DNA of 64,000 nucleotides, taken from assembly GCA_004552385.1 (NCBI GenBank), contig SFOL01000001.1, positions 10,146-74,145 of the forward strand. Reading direction: 5' to 3'. The notes below the pieces were generated by a model. It saw nothing but the letters and a program-made list of their open reading frames with translations. It ran no database searches and was not told the origin of the DNA. The position numbers were made by a program, and so were the translations under genes. Each line of letters starts with the position of its first letter. The stretch's first letter is position 1. Of this stretch, positions 1-10,066 are shown one piece after another. Origin of the DNA: Bacteroidales bacterium. GTDB lineage: Bacteria > Bacteroidota > Bacteroidia > Bacteroidales > Marinilabiliaceae.

Positions 1-417
1 CCGCGGGAAACGCTTCACGTCCGTCTTGAACCATTCGGGCGCATAACAGCTCATGGAGTTCTTCCAGGCTCCGAACCAAAGGAAAACAACATGCAGCCCA
101 TTGTCACGGGCGGAGCTGATAACCTTGTCGACCTGGTGGAAATCGAACCTTCCCTCCTCCGGCTCCATAAGATCCCAATAGGCGGGGGCGAGCACCGTGT
201 TGAGACCCATAGCCTTGAGCTTGGGGAACACGGCTTCAACCTCCTCATCAGACGAGGCCGTGGAGTTGCCGAGCTCTCCGCCGAGGATTATGAACGGCCG
301 TCCGCCAAGCGTGAGCGACCTTGCCGCCCCCGAGCCTTCTATCTTGCACTGGGCCGCCGCCACTACCGAAAGAGCGAAAAGCACAGCCGCAAGTGTGATT
401 TCTTTGATTACCTTCAT
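1..417 (-). CDS. Glycoside hydrolase, N-terminal 139 codons only (GH35/GH42-like TIM barrel, DUF5597-type beta-galactosidase-like); continues past the window edge
   Basis: My own translation of the minus strand from ATG at 415-417 gives MKVIKEITLAAVLFALSVVAAAQC..GRPFIILGGELGNSTASSDEE..LNTVLAPAYWDLMEPEEGRFDF..VVFLWFGAWKNSMSCYAPEWFK, open down to position 1. It has a signal peptide and a clan GH-A-like N-terminal motif pattern. It is missing from the ORF track because there is no stop inside the window. Confidence 0.6.
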   Translation of the reverse strand, partial: MKVIKEITLAAVLFALSVVAAAQCKIEGSGAARSLTLGGRPFIILGGELGNSTASSDEEVEAVFPKLKAMGLNTVLAPAYWDLMEPEEGRFDFHQVDKVISSARDNGLHVVFLWFGAWKNSMSCYAPEWFKTDVKRFPR

Positions 418-443
418 CTATTCTGTCCTGTTCGTTCTTACAT

Positions 444-451
444 CAAAGATA
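444..451 (-). promoter_or_regulatory. Bacteroidetes -7 promoter motif (TATCTTTG) for the GH fragment gene
   Basis: The reverse complement of caaagata matches TAnnTTTG about 27 nt upstream of the ATG at 417. It lies downstream of the GH10 terminator. Confidence 0.45.
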
Positions 452-583
452 AGGTTAATACACTATTTCACAATGCATTTTCATAGGAAAAATAAAAATA
501 TGTTGAGCGGCGCAAAAAGAGGTTGAGTTACCGGGCTTAATGCGCAAGCCATCAAGAAGTTGCACTCCGCCGCGGGCCTTATG

Positions 584-625
584 AATAAAAGCCGCCCCGC
601 CAATTGTGGAAAAGGCGGGGCGGCT
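584..625 (-). terminator. Rho-independent terminator after the GH10 gene
   Basis: Perfect 12-bp stem agccgccccgcc / ggcggggcggct (590-601 and 614-625) with a 12-nt loop. A T-rich run follows on the minus strand (plus-strand aataaaa). Confidence 0.7.
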
Positions 626-649
626 CATGTCATATCAAGAAGTGCGGGT

Positions 650-3052
650 CTACTCTTCGTCCTCCGCCTCGGTGTCTTTCCTGTCCTGATATTTTTTCTC
701 GGTCCAGTCGTCACCCTTGAGCTTGGCGCCGATGTCCTCGCCGGCTATGGCGTCACATACGCCCTTGTAGGCCCACTTGCGCGCAAGGTTTGCGTCGAAG
801 AGGTTGGGAGCGTCGCCGTTGAGCCAATACTCATGCTCCTCGGCCGCGTCGGAGAGCGACCAGATAGTAATACCGTGGCGCTGAGCCTCGGGGACGTTCT
901 CTATGTAGCTCTCGACGATGTTCTGGTAGGTCTTGGCCTGCTGCTCAAGCTGAGCAGAGCTGGGGGTGGCGCTGCCAGTGGCGACGTCGAGCTCCGTCAC
1001 GCGGATGAGCTTGCCCGTGGCGGCGAGAGCCTTGAACATGGCGTCGATCTCCTCGCGGCTGATGCTGCTCTGGACGTGCATCTGAGTGCCGATACCGTCG
1101 ACGATGGGCGAGCCGTTGGCTTCGTCAATGTCTTTAATGAACTCGATAACCTCGTTCAGCTTGCTGGGGCTGGTCTCCAGGTTGTAGTCGTTGTAGAAGA
1201 GCTTGAGGTCGCTGAAGCCGTTCTCGTCGGCGTACTTGCGGGCGTATTGGTAAGCCTTGACGGCGTAGTCCATGCCCATATAGTAGCCCCAGTAGAAATG
1301 CTGGTTGCCAGCACCGGATGACCAGTTGAGCTTAAGTCCCTCAGACTCGGTCTCCTCCGGCTCCTGGTCGTAATATGTGACATCGTCCTCGGTCCAAGAT
1401 CCGCCGAAGACACCGTTTATGCCGCGGCGTCCGCCGCCATCGCTAATGGCCTCGTTGATGACGTCCCAAGCCACGAAGCGGTTGTCGCCCTTGATGTGCT
1501 CGAACATGCCCTTAATCCACTGCTCCATGGCGTTGTCCAGAGCCTCGTACTTCTCCTCGGGGGTCTTGAGGACGTAGTAGATCTTCGTGGCCTTGCCAGT
1601 CTTGAGCGACTTGTTCTCGCCTTTCTTGAGGCCCCACTTGATGTCGTCGACATAGTAGGTGGTGGCGGCGCCGCCAAAGTTGATGAGGATTCGGTTCATG
1701 CCCTCCTTGGCGCAAGTGTACTCGTGCTCGACGAGCATCCACTCGGAGCTGATAGGCAGCTCGCTGTAGCCCTCGCCAAAGTATCTGGATGAGTTCTGGA
1801 CTTGGAACTGGATGGTAGATCTGCTCAATTCGGACTTGGCGTAGAACTGGATGACGTAGGTCTTGCCGACCTCGAACTCAGCATCGAAAGTGTAGGCGAA
1901 CTGGGCAGTATGGTAGTTAGAGCCGCCGTCCTCGGGGTTGGTGAGGACTACGCAGTAGTCGCTCTCATGACCCTGACCCTTGTCGCTTGCCTTGCTTGTG
2001 GGATTCTTGCCGTCGTTGCCCCAGCATCCCCAGTCGCCAGTCTTGCCTCCCTCGAAGTCGCTGTTATCGCCTGCGAGGACGTTGGTCATAGGATCCTGCT
2101 TGGCCTCACCGAACTCGATGTTGTCAACGTAGTAAGTTCCGCCAATCTTGCCGAAGTTGATGACGATGCGGTTGATGTCGTCAAACTCTTTAATCTTGAC
2201 ATCGCACTGGCATGTCGTCCATTCGCTGCCGACAGTGAAGCTATTATAGCCATCCTGCCTATCAGTGTTCGTACTGCTCTGGTACTGGAACTGGAGTTCG
2301 CCGCTGCCGGACTCGACTCGCGCCTGGAACTTGATGACGTAGTTGACATCCTTCTTCAGAGGCTCGTCAAAGGTGTAGGCGCACTGCGCCTGCCAGAAGC
2401 TGCCGTTGCCTTTGTTGACGAGCTTCAGGCACTTGGTGCCGTCCACACCGCCGTCCGCCGCTTCGGCCGACTGCATATTGTTGCCCCAGCTGCCCCATTC
2501 GCCCGTCGTGCCGCCGTTGAAGTCGGAGGCGTCGCCGGGCAGCATGTTGGCGATGTCGCCGTCGGCCTCAATGACCATCTCGGGGGCTATGAGGCTCTTG
2601 AGGTACGTCTGGTTCTGCTGCGTGTGCCAAATAAAGTTGTGGCCGTAAATCTTGCTGTCTGCCGGCACCGCGGCAAGGAACTTGTCGACAGTCGAGAAGT
2701 TTATGTCGCCGTTGTTCTTGACCATGACGCCCTGCTTCATGGCGTTGCCCGTAGTGTACATCTGGAAGTTCTCGTCGGCGACGCGCTTGACGGTGGTGTC
2801 GGACAAGTACATGTCGGCGCCAAGGCCGAGGCCGAGGATGAACTGCGAGCCGACGCGGCTGCGGTACTTCTCAACGTAGTTCTTTATGTAGTCGTAGTTG
2901 TTAATCTGCTCCTGGATGTTCAGGGGAATCTGGCTCGTGCCCGATATCGGGGTCTCGCCCTCAGGAGTGCCCCAGTCCATCTTGTCGTCGTCGCAAGCCG
3001 CGCAGAGCACGGCCAGTGCGGCAACGGGGAAGAGTATCTTATTTCGCTTCAT
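650..3052 (-). CDS. GH10 endo-1,4-beta-xylanase lipoprotein with two CBM4/CBM22-like modules inserted in the catalytic domain
   Basis: The ORF is 650..3124, and I place the start at MKRNKILFPVAALAVLCAAC (lipobox; ATG at 3050-3052). GH10 motifs are FIWHTQQ, WDVINEA (acid/base) and RVTELDV (nucleophile). Two internal repeats carry DFxGGxTGxWGxWGN ... YYVD(N/D)I. Confidence 0.85.
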   Translation of the reverse strand: MKRNKILFPVAALAVLCAACDDDKMDWGTPEGETPISGTSQIPLNIQEQINNYDYIKNYVEKYRSRVGSQFILGLGLGADMYLSDTTVKRVADENFQMYTTGNAMKQGVMVKNNGDINFSTVDKFLAAVPADSKIYGHNFIWHTQQNQTYLKSLIAPEMVIEADGDIANMLPGDASDFNGGTTGEWGSWGNNMQSAEAADGGVDGTKCLKLVNKGNGSFWQAQCAYTFDEPLKKDVNYVIKFQARVESGSGELQFQYQSSTNTDRQDGYNSFTVGSEWTTCQCDVKIKEFDDINRIVINFGKIGGTYYVDNIEFGEAKQDPMTNVLAGDNSDFEGGKTGDWGCWGNDGKNPTSKASDKGQGHESDYCVVLTNPEDGGSNYHTAQFAYTFDAEFEVGKTYVIQFYAKSELSRSTIQFQVQNSSRYFGEGYSELPISSEWMLVEHEYTCAKEGMNRILINFGGAATTYYVDDIKWGLKKGENKSLKTGKATKIYYVLKTPEEKYEALDNAMEQWIKGMFEHIKGDNRFVAWDVINEAISDGGGRRGINGVFGGSWTEDDVTYYDQEPEETESEGLKLNWSSGAGNQHFYWGYYMGMDYAVKAYQYARKYADENGFSDLKLFYNDYNLETSPSKLNEVIEFIKDIDEANGSPIVDGIGTQMHVQSSISREEIDAMFKALAATGKLIRVTELDVATGSATPSSAQLEQQAKTYQNIVESYIENVPEAQRHGITIWSLSDAAEEHEYWLNGDAPNLFDANLARKWAYKGVCDAIAGEDIGAKLKGDDWTEKKYQDRKDTEAEDEE

Positions 3053-3135
3053 AATGCTAATCGGTTGAAATGGTTGTCCCCGCCCGGCGGGCGCAGGCTC
3101 GGACGGCTCGCGCCCGCCATGCAAGGGTCATCTTG

Positions 3136-4590
3136 TTAGTCCTCGTCGTCCTCCGGGTAGTCGGAAATCTGCTGCGACTTGATGGAGACGATTCGCCAGT
3201 TGTCGGTATAGACGCTCGGGCCTGTGAACTTCTCCGAGACTACCTCAACGCCGTCATAAGTAAAGTCGGTGTTGACGAAGCCCATGCCGAAGTTGCGATA
3301 TGAGGCCGCATTGCGGGCGTCAACCACGTCCTGGAAGGTCATGTCGTAGAATCCGCCGAAAGTATTGCTCTCAGAGGGCCTCTTGCCGTCGGCCGTGATG
3401 CTCGAGAATGGGATGGTGAGAGTCTGCCAACCCGTCGTCTTGAAGGGGACGATCTCGCCGTCCTCAATCCAGGGCACGCAGAAGGCAGAGTGGCTCTTCT
3501 CGTTGTCGTCGTCGGTCTTGATGCCGGAGTAGTTGAAGTTGTTGAAGAGGCATATCTGGATATAGCCCGTCTTGCTCCACTCCTCGGGGCAGTAGATGTC
3601 GAACTGGAAGGCTATCTCCGTTGTCGGGGTCTCGGCCGGGATGAGGTCGAAGAAGCGGCTCCAGTCGTCGGACTCCTCGTCGTTGCCGGCCGTCCAGCAC
3701 TCCGACACCCTGGGCTTGCCCGAGGCTATGCCGCCCTCGTCGAGCAGGCGCTGCGGGACGATTGGGAGGCAGAGGCCGCGGCCAGAGCCAGCCGGGTCGT
3801 CAACGAGGTCGGAGTCGTAGACCATTGATGCGCCGGCCTTGATGTTGCCGTCATCATCCTTGCCGCCCCAATAGCCCTGCTTGCCAACACCGTCGAAGTT
3901 GAGGATGAGGCCTTTGGTCACGTTGAAGTAGGCGGGCGTGCGGCCAGAGCCGTTGGCGCACTCGAACGAGACGCTGCCGCCCTCTGTGACGCCGTCGGGC
4001 ATGACGAACGTGAACCACTCGCCCTTGGCATCGTCGGACTCCAGACCCTCAGTCACCTCCACTCCGCCAGGGAGTGTCACTTTGCTGACCTCCTGGAGGT
4101 TCTCGCCGAAGACAACGACAGTCTCGCCCTTCTGGGGCATCGTGCAGCTCATGAAGCTGACCACCGGGCTCGCCGCGCGGATAACAAGATTGTCAAACGT
4201 GAACTCCGCCCCGTCTTTCACAAGGCGTATCTTGTTGCGCTCAGCGGGCTCCGCGTCGACGACAGGCGTGTTCTTGTTGATGGTTATGAGCATCGAGTTG
4301 TCGGAGACGTAGGCGCGGTTGAAGTAGGTGTCGTAGCCGTTTATGTAGACCTTCTTCATGCCGTAAAGTCCCGATCCCTCAAGGCGGATGAGCTGGCCGA
4401 CGCGGGCGAAGGTGCCGGTGATGTCGCGGTCGGGCGTCTTGCTGTCGACGTTCTCGAGGTAGACCCTTTCGACCACGATTCTCTTGCCCTGCGCGTCGGA
4501 GTCGAAGTAGTCGTCGTCATCCTCGCAAGCGGTGAAGCCCACCGCCGAAAGGAAGAGGCCCGACAGGCAGATATATTTCAGTGCTTTCAT
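3136..4590 (-). CDS. PUL-encoded surface glycan-binding lipoprotein (SusE/F-position SGBP, IPT-like N-terminal domain)
   Basis: 484-aa ORF with lipoprotein signal MKALKYICLSGLFLSAVGFTAC. It sits immediately downstream of susD and upstream of the GH10, which is the usual SGBP position in xylan PULs. Confidence 0.6.
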   Translation of the reverse strand: MKALKYICLSGLFLSAVGFTACEDDDDYFDSDAQGKRIVVERVYLENVDSKTPDRDITGTFARVGQLIRLEGSGLYGMKKVYINGYDTYFNRAYVSDNSMLITINKNTPVVDAEPAERNKIRLVKDGAEFTFDNLVIRAASPVVSFMSCTMPQKGETVVVFGENLQEVSKVTLPGGVEVTEGLESDDAKGEWFTFVMPDGVTEGGSVSFECANGSGRTPAYFNVTKGLILNFDGVGKQGYWGGKDDDGNIKAGASMVYDSDLVDDPAGSGRGLCLPIVPQRLLDEGGIASGKPRVSECWTAGNDEESDDWSRFFDLIPAETPTTEIAFQFDIYCPEEWSKTGYIQICLFNNFNYSGIKTDDDNEKSHSAFCVPWIEDGEIVPFKTTGWQTLTIPFSSITADGKRPSESNTFGGFYDMTFQDVVDARNAASYRNFGMGFVNTDFTYDGVEVVSEKFTGPSVYTDNWRIVSIKSQQISDYPEDDED

Positions 4591-4645
4591 TTTTTCTTGA
4601 TTTTCAGGTTTAAAAAGCCAAAATCATAAGATTATCGCTCAGCTT

Positions 4646-6325
4646 TTAGTCGAAGAGCGTAGCCTCGTCGACCTCACGCTCGCCGAATGTGTAGGCCACG
4701 GGGTCGCTGTTCAGCAGCGGGTTGCGGCCCGCATCGACATCGGATATCGGCAGGAGGAGCCTGGCGTTGGTAGCCGTCGAGACACCCGTGCCGTCTTCCT
4801 TCTTGGCATACTGGCAAGGCTCGGACTCGTCCCACTCGTAGCTGGCGTTGCGCTCCTGATTGTTGAGCAGGTTCACCACCTCGCTCTCCTTGTAGTAGGA
4901 GCGGCGGAGCAGGTCGTACCAGTACTGGCCCTCGAAGGCGAGCTCTATGCGGCGCTCGTAGGCGAGAGTCTCATAGTCCAGCCTCGTGATGTCGGGCATC
5001 CCGGCGCGGGCGCGCACCTTGTTGAGGTAGCTCAGGGGCTCGTCATCCTTAAGGAAGTCGTTGTTGCCCATGCAAGCCTCGGCGTAGTTGAAGTAGACCT
5101 CGGGCAGGCGCATCATGTAGGTGTTGAGGCCCGAGCTCTGCTGGTAGCTCTGGCCGTTGTCCTCAAGCTTGCCGATGACGTACTTGACGATGCCGCACTT
5201 CTCCTCATAGCCGGTCTCGGTCTCGTTATAGGTGTAGCCGCCGTTCTTCTTGTTGAGGTTGGGGTAGTACTCGCCGACGGTCGCGATGGTGTAGTGGCGA
5301 CGGATTCGGTCCTTGGGGTCGTAGGTCCTTACGATGTCGTAGCTGGCGTAGGTCGCTCCGCCCCAGTTGACCTCGCCCACCATCGTGCTCCACGAGAAGA
5401 AGGCTGGTATAGGGTTGGCGCAACCGCCGATGGCGGACGTCGAGCCCTTGAGCCACTGGAGCTGGAAGATGGACTCGGCGTTGTTGTTCGTGCCGGCCAC
5501 GCTGAAGAGGTCGCCATAGTTGCTGACGAGCGAATAGGGGCCCTCCTCGATGCACTTCTTGGCGGCCTTGCGCGCCAGGTCGAGATAATACTCGTTGCGC
5601 TCGCCGCGGTTGAAGTCGGTGGCGATGTTGGTGCCGTCGTACTGCCCCTCGGTGGTAAGTCCGGCCATTGAGAGGTAGAAGCGGCTCAACATGCCGTAGG
5701 CGGCGTATTTGTTCACGCGCCCCTCGCCGCGCTCAATGGCGGGCAGGTTCTTGGCGGCGAACTCCATGTCGCGGATGGCGAACTCCATGGCGTCGGTGCG
5801 TCGGTTGGCCGGGACGACATTGTTGCTCACCATTGCGGCCGTGTTCTCATAGATTATTGCCTTGCCCCAGACCGAGGCAATGTACCAGTAGGCTATGCCG
5901 CGCATGAAACGGCACTCGGCGATGGACTCCGTGCGGAACTTCTCGCTAATGCCAGTGGCCTTGTCGCGGATGTTGTTCATGGCGTTGTTGCTCTGAGCCA
6001 CGACGCTGTAGAACGATCCCCACGCGTCGCTAAGGCCAGGGCTGAGGCTGGTCTCGGTGAAGTTGGTGTAGGGGTAGATGTAATCCGACCAGCGCGCCGT
6101 GATGTTGTTCGAGCGGCCGTCGCCGATGCTGTAGTAGAACTTCTCGTTGAAGCCCGCCCAGACGAAGTTGTAGAGCGGGTAGAGGGCGCTCTCAACGGCC
6201 TCCTCGCTGTCGAAATATGTGTCCTGGTTGGCCTGGTAGGTGTTCTCGCTGGTCAGGAAGTCGTCGCAACCCGACAAGGAGACGGCACCAAGAGCCAAGG
6301 CACCGAGCAATATCTTGTTTCTCAT
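4646..6325 (-). CDS. susD: SusD/RagB-family nutrient-binding outer membrane lipoprotein
   Basis: 559 aa with lipobox LSGCDD and a TPR-like SusD pattern (AECRFMRGIAYWYI, RIELAFEGQYWYDLLR). It lies directly downstream of a SusC-like gene. Confidence 0.9.
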   Translation of the reverse strand: MRNKILLGALALGAVSLSGCDDFLTSENTYQANQDTYFDSEEAVESALYPLYNFVWAGFNEKFYYSIGDGRSNNITARWSDYIYPYTNFTETSLSPGLSDAWGSFYSVVAQSNNAMNNIRDKATGISEKFRTESIAECRFMRGIAYWYIASVWGKAIIYENTAAMVSNNVVPANRRTDAMEFAIRDMEFAAKNLPAIERGEGRVNKYAAYGMLSRFYLSMAGLTTEGQYDGTNIATDFNRGERNEYYLDLARKAAKKCIEEGPYSLVSNYGDLFSVAGTNNNAESIFQLQWLKGSTSAIGGCANPIPAFFSWSTMVGEVNWGGATYASYDIVRTYDPKDRIRRHYTIATVGEYYPNLNKKNGGYTYNETETGYEEKCGIVKYVIGKLEDNGQSYQQSSGLNTYMMRLPEVYFNYAEACMGNNDFLKDDEPLSYLNKVRARAGMPDITRLDYETLAYERRIELAFEGQYWYDLLRRSYYKESEVVNLLNNQERNASYEWDESEPCQYAKKEDGTGVSTATNARLLLPISDVDAGRNPLLNSDPVAYTFGEREVDEATLFD

Positions 6326-6363
6326 TGTAATCCTTGATTAAATATTAACCTGAGGGCTAAGAC

Positions 6364-9300
6364 TTAGAAGCTTGCCGAAAGGCCGAACGTGAAGATTCGG
6401 GGCGACGGGTAGCGGCCATAGTCGAAGCCAGTCATGAGCGCGTCGCCGTACATGGCGCCAATCTCAGGGTCGAGACCCTTATACTTCGTCCAAGTGTAGA
6501 CGTTCTGGACGTTGGCGTAGACCCTCACGTTGGAGAGCCTTGCCGCCTCCATCCACTTCCACGACCTCGGGAAGGTGTAGCTGAGAGAAATGTTCTGCAG
6601 CCTGATGTATGACGCGTCCTCGACAAAGAGGTCCGACACGCGGGTGTAGTTGTTGTTGGCGTCGCTCGCCTGGAGTGCCGCCATGTGCTTGTCGCCACCC
6701 ACGACATGGAAGTTGCGGAAGTCGGTATCGGATCCGTCGGGGTCGATCATCTCCACGCGGGCGTAGTCGAGAGCGTCCTTGAGAATGTTGCTGTTGACGC
6801 GGGGGTCCTCAATCCTGCTGCGGGTGAAGTCGAGAGCGTCGTTGCCATAGCTGCCCGAGAAGAATACCGAAAGGTCGAAGCCCTTGTAGGAGAACGTGTT
6901 GCCGATACCATAGGTGAACTTGGGCTCCGGGTTGCCGATAAAGGTGCAGTCCTCATTATTGATCTTGCCGTCGCCGTTGATGTCGGCAAAGCGGAAGTCG
7001 CCTATGAAAGTGCTGTTCTTGCCAATGGTGTTACCCTCGGGCAGGGCGACCTGCTTGACGTTGCCTTCCTTGTCGGTGTAGTAGAAGTCCTCAGGCTTGT
7101 CGAAACGGCCGATGACCTTGTAGCCCCAGAACTGCCCGATAGGCTGACCCTCGACGGTGCGGGTGACGGTGTACTTCGACGAGCCGACCTGATAGGTCTT
7201 GTCGATGGTTGAGCTTGCCGAGTCCAGTTCCTTGACCTTGTTGCGGTTGAGCGAGAAGACGAGGTTGGTACGCCATGTGAACCCGCCCTTGTCGATGTTG
7301 ACAGTATTGAGCGTCAGCTCAAGGCCCTTGTTCTCGAGCGAACCGACGTTGCCCCACGGGTTGGACGCGGCGCCCCAGCCCTCAGAGCCGAGGAACGCGG
7401 GCAGAGGCAGCTGGAGCAGCAGATTGCGGGTCTTCTTGTAATAGGTGTCGGCGATGAGCTCGATCCTGTTGGCGAAGAAAGAGAGGTCGAGACCGAGGTT
7501 GTACGAGTCGGTCGTCTCCCACTCAAGGTCGGGGTTGGCGGTGTTGCCGGTCAGGACGCCAGTGCCCCACGGGGTGGTCTTGTAAGAGAGGATGGACATG
7601 TAGGCCCAGTCAGAGACATTCTGGTTACCCGTCTGGCCCCAGCCGAGGCGGAGCTTGGCGTTGGTCAGGACATCCTGCTCGGGGAAGAACTCTTCGTTGG
7701 CGACCTTCCAGGCCAGAGCGGCCGAGGGGAACCAGCCCCAGCGGTTGTCATCGGCGAACTTGCTCGAACCGTCGCGGCGGATGGTGGCCGTGAGCAGGTA
7801 GCGGTCGTCGAATGAGAAGAAGACGCGGCCGAAGACCGACGAGATGGAGTTGTCGTTCTTGAAGCCCTTGGCACTGCTCGTGCTGGCGTCGCCGGCCGAA
7901 ATGTCGGGCGTGGTGTTCGACGAGAACCCGTTGGCGGAGGCGAACTGGTACTCGTAGTTACTGTGGTTCATCTCCTGACCCACCATCACGTTGAGGTTGT
8001 GGCGGTCGGCGAAGGTCTTGTCGTATGTGAGAGTGTTGCGCCAGCTCCAGTAGCGGGTGTTGGTCTTGGTCCACTCACTGGTCCTGATGTCCTGGGTCAA
8101 GACGCCGAACTTGTAGTCCGGGCAGTAATAGTAGTCGCGGTTGAAGTTATAGTCGGCCGAGACCTCGCTCTTGAGCTTGAGACCACTGATAATGTCGGCC
8201 TCAAGATACGCCCCGAAGCGGAAGTTGACCTTCTTGTTGTAGTTAGTCTTGAGCTTCGCCAGGCCGATAGGGTTGAGAGGCATCCAGACGTCGTCAGGGC
8301 CGTCGAAAGAGCCGTCGGGGCTTGTCACGGCCACAGTGGGCTGCTGCATGAGAGCCTGCATGATGACGTCATTGTTGGTGCCGAGCTCCTGCTTGCTCTC
8401 CGAGAAGTTGAAGTTGGCCCCGGCGCGGAGGAACTTCTTGACCTCGGAGTCGATGTTGCCGCGGAATGATACACGCTTGAAGCTGGACCCCTCGGCGATG
8501 CCCTCCTGGTCGAGGTAGCCGCCGCTAAGGGCGTAGGTCGTCTTTTCGCTGCCGCCCGTTATTGACAGGTTGTGGCTCTGCATGACCGCCTTTCGGAAGA
8601 GCTCGTCCTGCCAGTTCGTACCCTTGCCAAGAAGGTCGGGGCGGACGAAGGAGGAGTTGGCCTCAGCGCCCGTGCCGGCATCGGAGCGGGCGTTATGGTG
8701 CTCGGCGTACTCGCGGAGGTTGAGCATGTCGAGCTGCACCGGCATCTCCTGCCAGCCGGCGTAGCCGTCATACGTGATGGTGGACTCGCCGCTCTTGCCC
8801 TTCTTGGTGGTAATCATGATGACACCGTTTGAGGCGCGCGAGCCGTAGATGGCTGTGGCCGAGGCATCCTTGAGGACGTCCATGGAGACGATGTCGGACG
8901 GGTTGATGGAGCTGAGCGGGTTGCTGTTCTCGTCGCTCGTGGAGGCGTCGATTACCACACCGTCGATGACGAAGATAGGCTGGTTCGTGGCATTGAGCGA
9001 GTTCGTGCCTCGGATGCGAATAGAGGTCGATGCGCCCGGCTGACCCGAGTTGGCCTGGATGGAGACACCCGCGGCACGTCCTTGGAGCACCTGGTCTACC
9101 GACGTGACGACCGACTTCTTGATGGCATCGTCGCCCACGGAGACCACTGAGCCCGTCATGTCCGAGCGTTTCATCTGACCGTAGCCGACGACGACGACGT
9201 CATCAAGCTCGACGTTGTCCTCCTTAAGGGTGACGCTGACGGAGTTTTGCCCCGTGATGTCAAGATTCTGGGTCACGTAGCCGATGAAGGAGATTGTCAG

Positions 9301-9519
9301 ATTGTTCGACGAGAGGGAAAGGGAGAAATTGCCGTCAATGTCGGCTACAGTTCCATTAGTCGTCCCGGCCTCAACGATGGCCGCTCCGACTACCGGCTGA
9401 CCGTTCTGGTCAACCACCGTACCGCGGATTGTGCGCTGCTGCGCCATGGCGAGCTGCCCTATGAGGAGCAACACGGCGGCGATTGCCACACCCGCGATTT
9501 TTGATAGTCTCATTCTCAT
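6364..9519 (-). CDS. susC: SusC-family TonB-dependent outer membrane transporter
   Basis: The ORF is 6364..9549, and the likely start is MRMRLSKIAGVAIAAVLL (9519). It has a carboxypeptidase-regulatory-like domain (TIRGTVVDQNGQPVVGA), a plug (VVVGYGQMKRSDMTGSV) and a C-terminal barrel ending ...TFGLSASF. Confidence 0.9.
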   Translation of the reverse strand: MRMRLSKIAGVAIAAVLLLIGQLAMAQQRTIRGTVVDQNGQPVVGAAIVEAGTTNGTVADIDGNFSLSLSSNNLTISFIGYVTQNLDITGQNSVSVTLKEDNVELDDVVVVGYGQMKRSDMTGSVVSVGDDAIKKSVVTSVDQVLQGRAAGVSIQANSGQPGASTSIRIRGTNSLNATNQPIFVIDGVVIDASTSDENSNPLSSINPSDIVSMDVLKDASATAIYGSRASNGVIMITTKKGKSGESTITYDGYAGWQEMPVQLDMLNLREYAEHHNARSDAGTGAEANSSFVRPDLLGKGTNWQDELFRKAVMQSHNLSITGGSEKTTYALSGGYLDQEGIAEGSSFKRVSFRGNIDSEVKKFLRAGANFNFSESKQELGTNNDVIMQALMQQPTVAVTSPDGSFDGPDDVWMPLNPIGLAKLKTNYNKKVNFRFGAYLEADIISGLKLKSEVSADYNFNRDYYYCPDYKFGVLTQDIRTSEWTKTNTRYWSWRNTLTYDKTFADRHNLNVMVGQEMNHSNYEYQFASANGFSSNTTPDISAGDASTSSAKGFKNDNSISSVFGRVFFSFDDRYLLTATIRRDGSSKFADDNRWGWFPSAALAWKVANEEFFPEQDVLTNAKLRLGWGQTGNQNVSDWAYMSILSYKTTPWGTGVLTGNTANPDLEWETTDSYNLGLDLSFFANRIELIADTYYKKTRNLLLQLPLPAFLGSEGWGAASNPWGNVGSLENKGLELTLNTVNIDKGGFTWRTNLVFSLNRNKVKELDSASSTIDKTYQVGSSKYTVTRTVEGQPIGQFWGYKVIGRFDKPEDFYYTDKEGNVKQVALPEGNTIGKNSTFIGDFRFADINGDGKINNEDCTFIGNPEPKFTYGIGNTFSYKGFDLSVFFSGSYGNDALDFTRSRIEDPRVNSNILKDALDYARVEMIDPDGSDTDFRNFHVVGGDKHMAALQASDANNNYTRVSDLFVEDASYIRLQNISLSYTFPRSWKWMEAARLSNVRVYANVQNVYTWTKYKGLDPEIGAMYGDALMTGFDYGRYPSPRIFTFGLSASF

Positions 9520-9705
9520 TTGTTTCTGTTTTGGTTTAGTGAAACACAAAGGGGTTCTGGTAGTGTCTCGTTTCTGGTTCTTTTTTTTTTCGATTCAGCT
9601 TTTCGTCAATTATTGTTTTGTATTTTTTAATAATAAAGAGGGTTCCGGATACTCTTATGCGAAATCTTGCGTAGCAAAAACTACCATTCTGCTCTATTCG
9701 CAACG

Positions 9706-9713
9706 CAAATGTA
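9706..9713 (-). promoter_or_regulatory. -7 promoter motif (TACATTTG) for the susC operon
   Basis: The reverse complement of caaatgta matches TAnnTTTG. It implies a 5' UTR of about 180 nt before susC. Confidence 0.4.
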
Positions 9714-9981
9714 TACAATTCCAAAAAGTTTTCAGATAATATAAACGCACAATATTTTTACATAAATTCACTTTTAACAAACAGTGACCCGAACTTTACG
9801 AACAGTTGGCTAAACTCGCCCGCTGTTAACGTGCAATACCAAAGAAGGAAACAAACAATACTTCGCAAAACGCAGGGAGAAGAAGGAAAGGGCGCACGCG
9901 GCGCAAAGAGCGCAGCCCAATAAAAATTAACAAGGAGTGAGGAGAGCCATAGGCCACCGCGTGTTTTAAATGAATTATTTG

Positions 9982-9989
9982 TACCTTTG
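9982..9989 (+). promoter_or_regulatory. -7 promoter motif (TACCTTTG) for carB
   Basis: Matches TAnnTTTG about 78 nt upstream of the carB ATG. Confidence 0.4.
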
Positions 9990-10066
9990 CGGGCGGTTAT
10001 GGCCGCACCACACACGGTGGTCACGCGCGGCGAAGGAAACACAAGATTTCTATCACACATTATATA

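Noticed and set aside
1802-3139. 445-aa plus-strand ORF antisense to the GH10 gene
   Set aside because: It is fully nested antisense to a gene with clear family motifs. Its composition is dominated by Leu, Val, Ala, Gly, Asp and Glu, as expected for the stop-poor antisense frame of GC-rich coding DNA. It has no recognisable motif or signal.
9539-9546. GTGAAACA, the right arm of parS, near the susC start
   Set aside because: The adjacent left arm (TGGTTTAG) matches only 4 of 8 positions, so it is not a palindromic parS.
9581-9590. T10 homopolymer in the susC 5' UTR (similar A9 tracts near 17371 and 37797) as a possible slipped-strand phase switch
   Set aside because: It lies outside coding sequence and is not between recognisable promoter elements. 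A single sequence gives no evidence of length variation.
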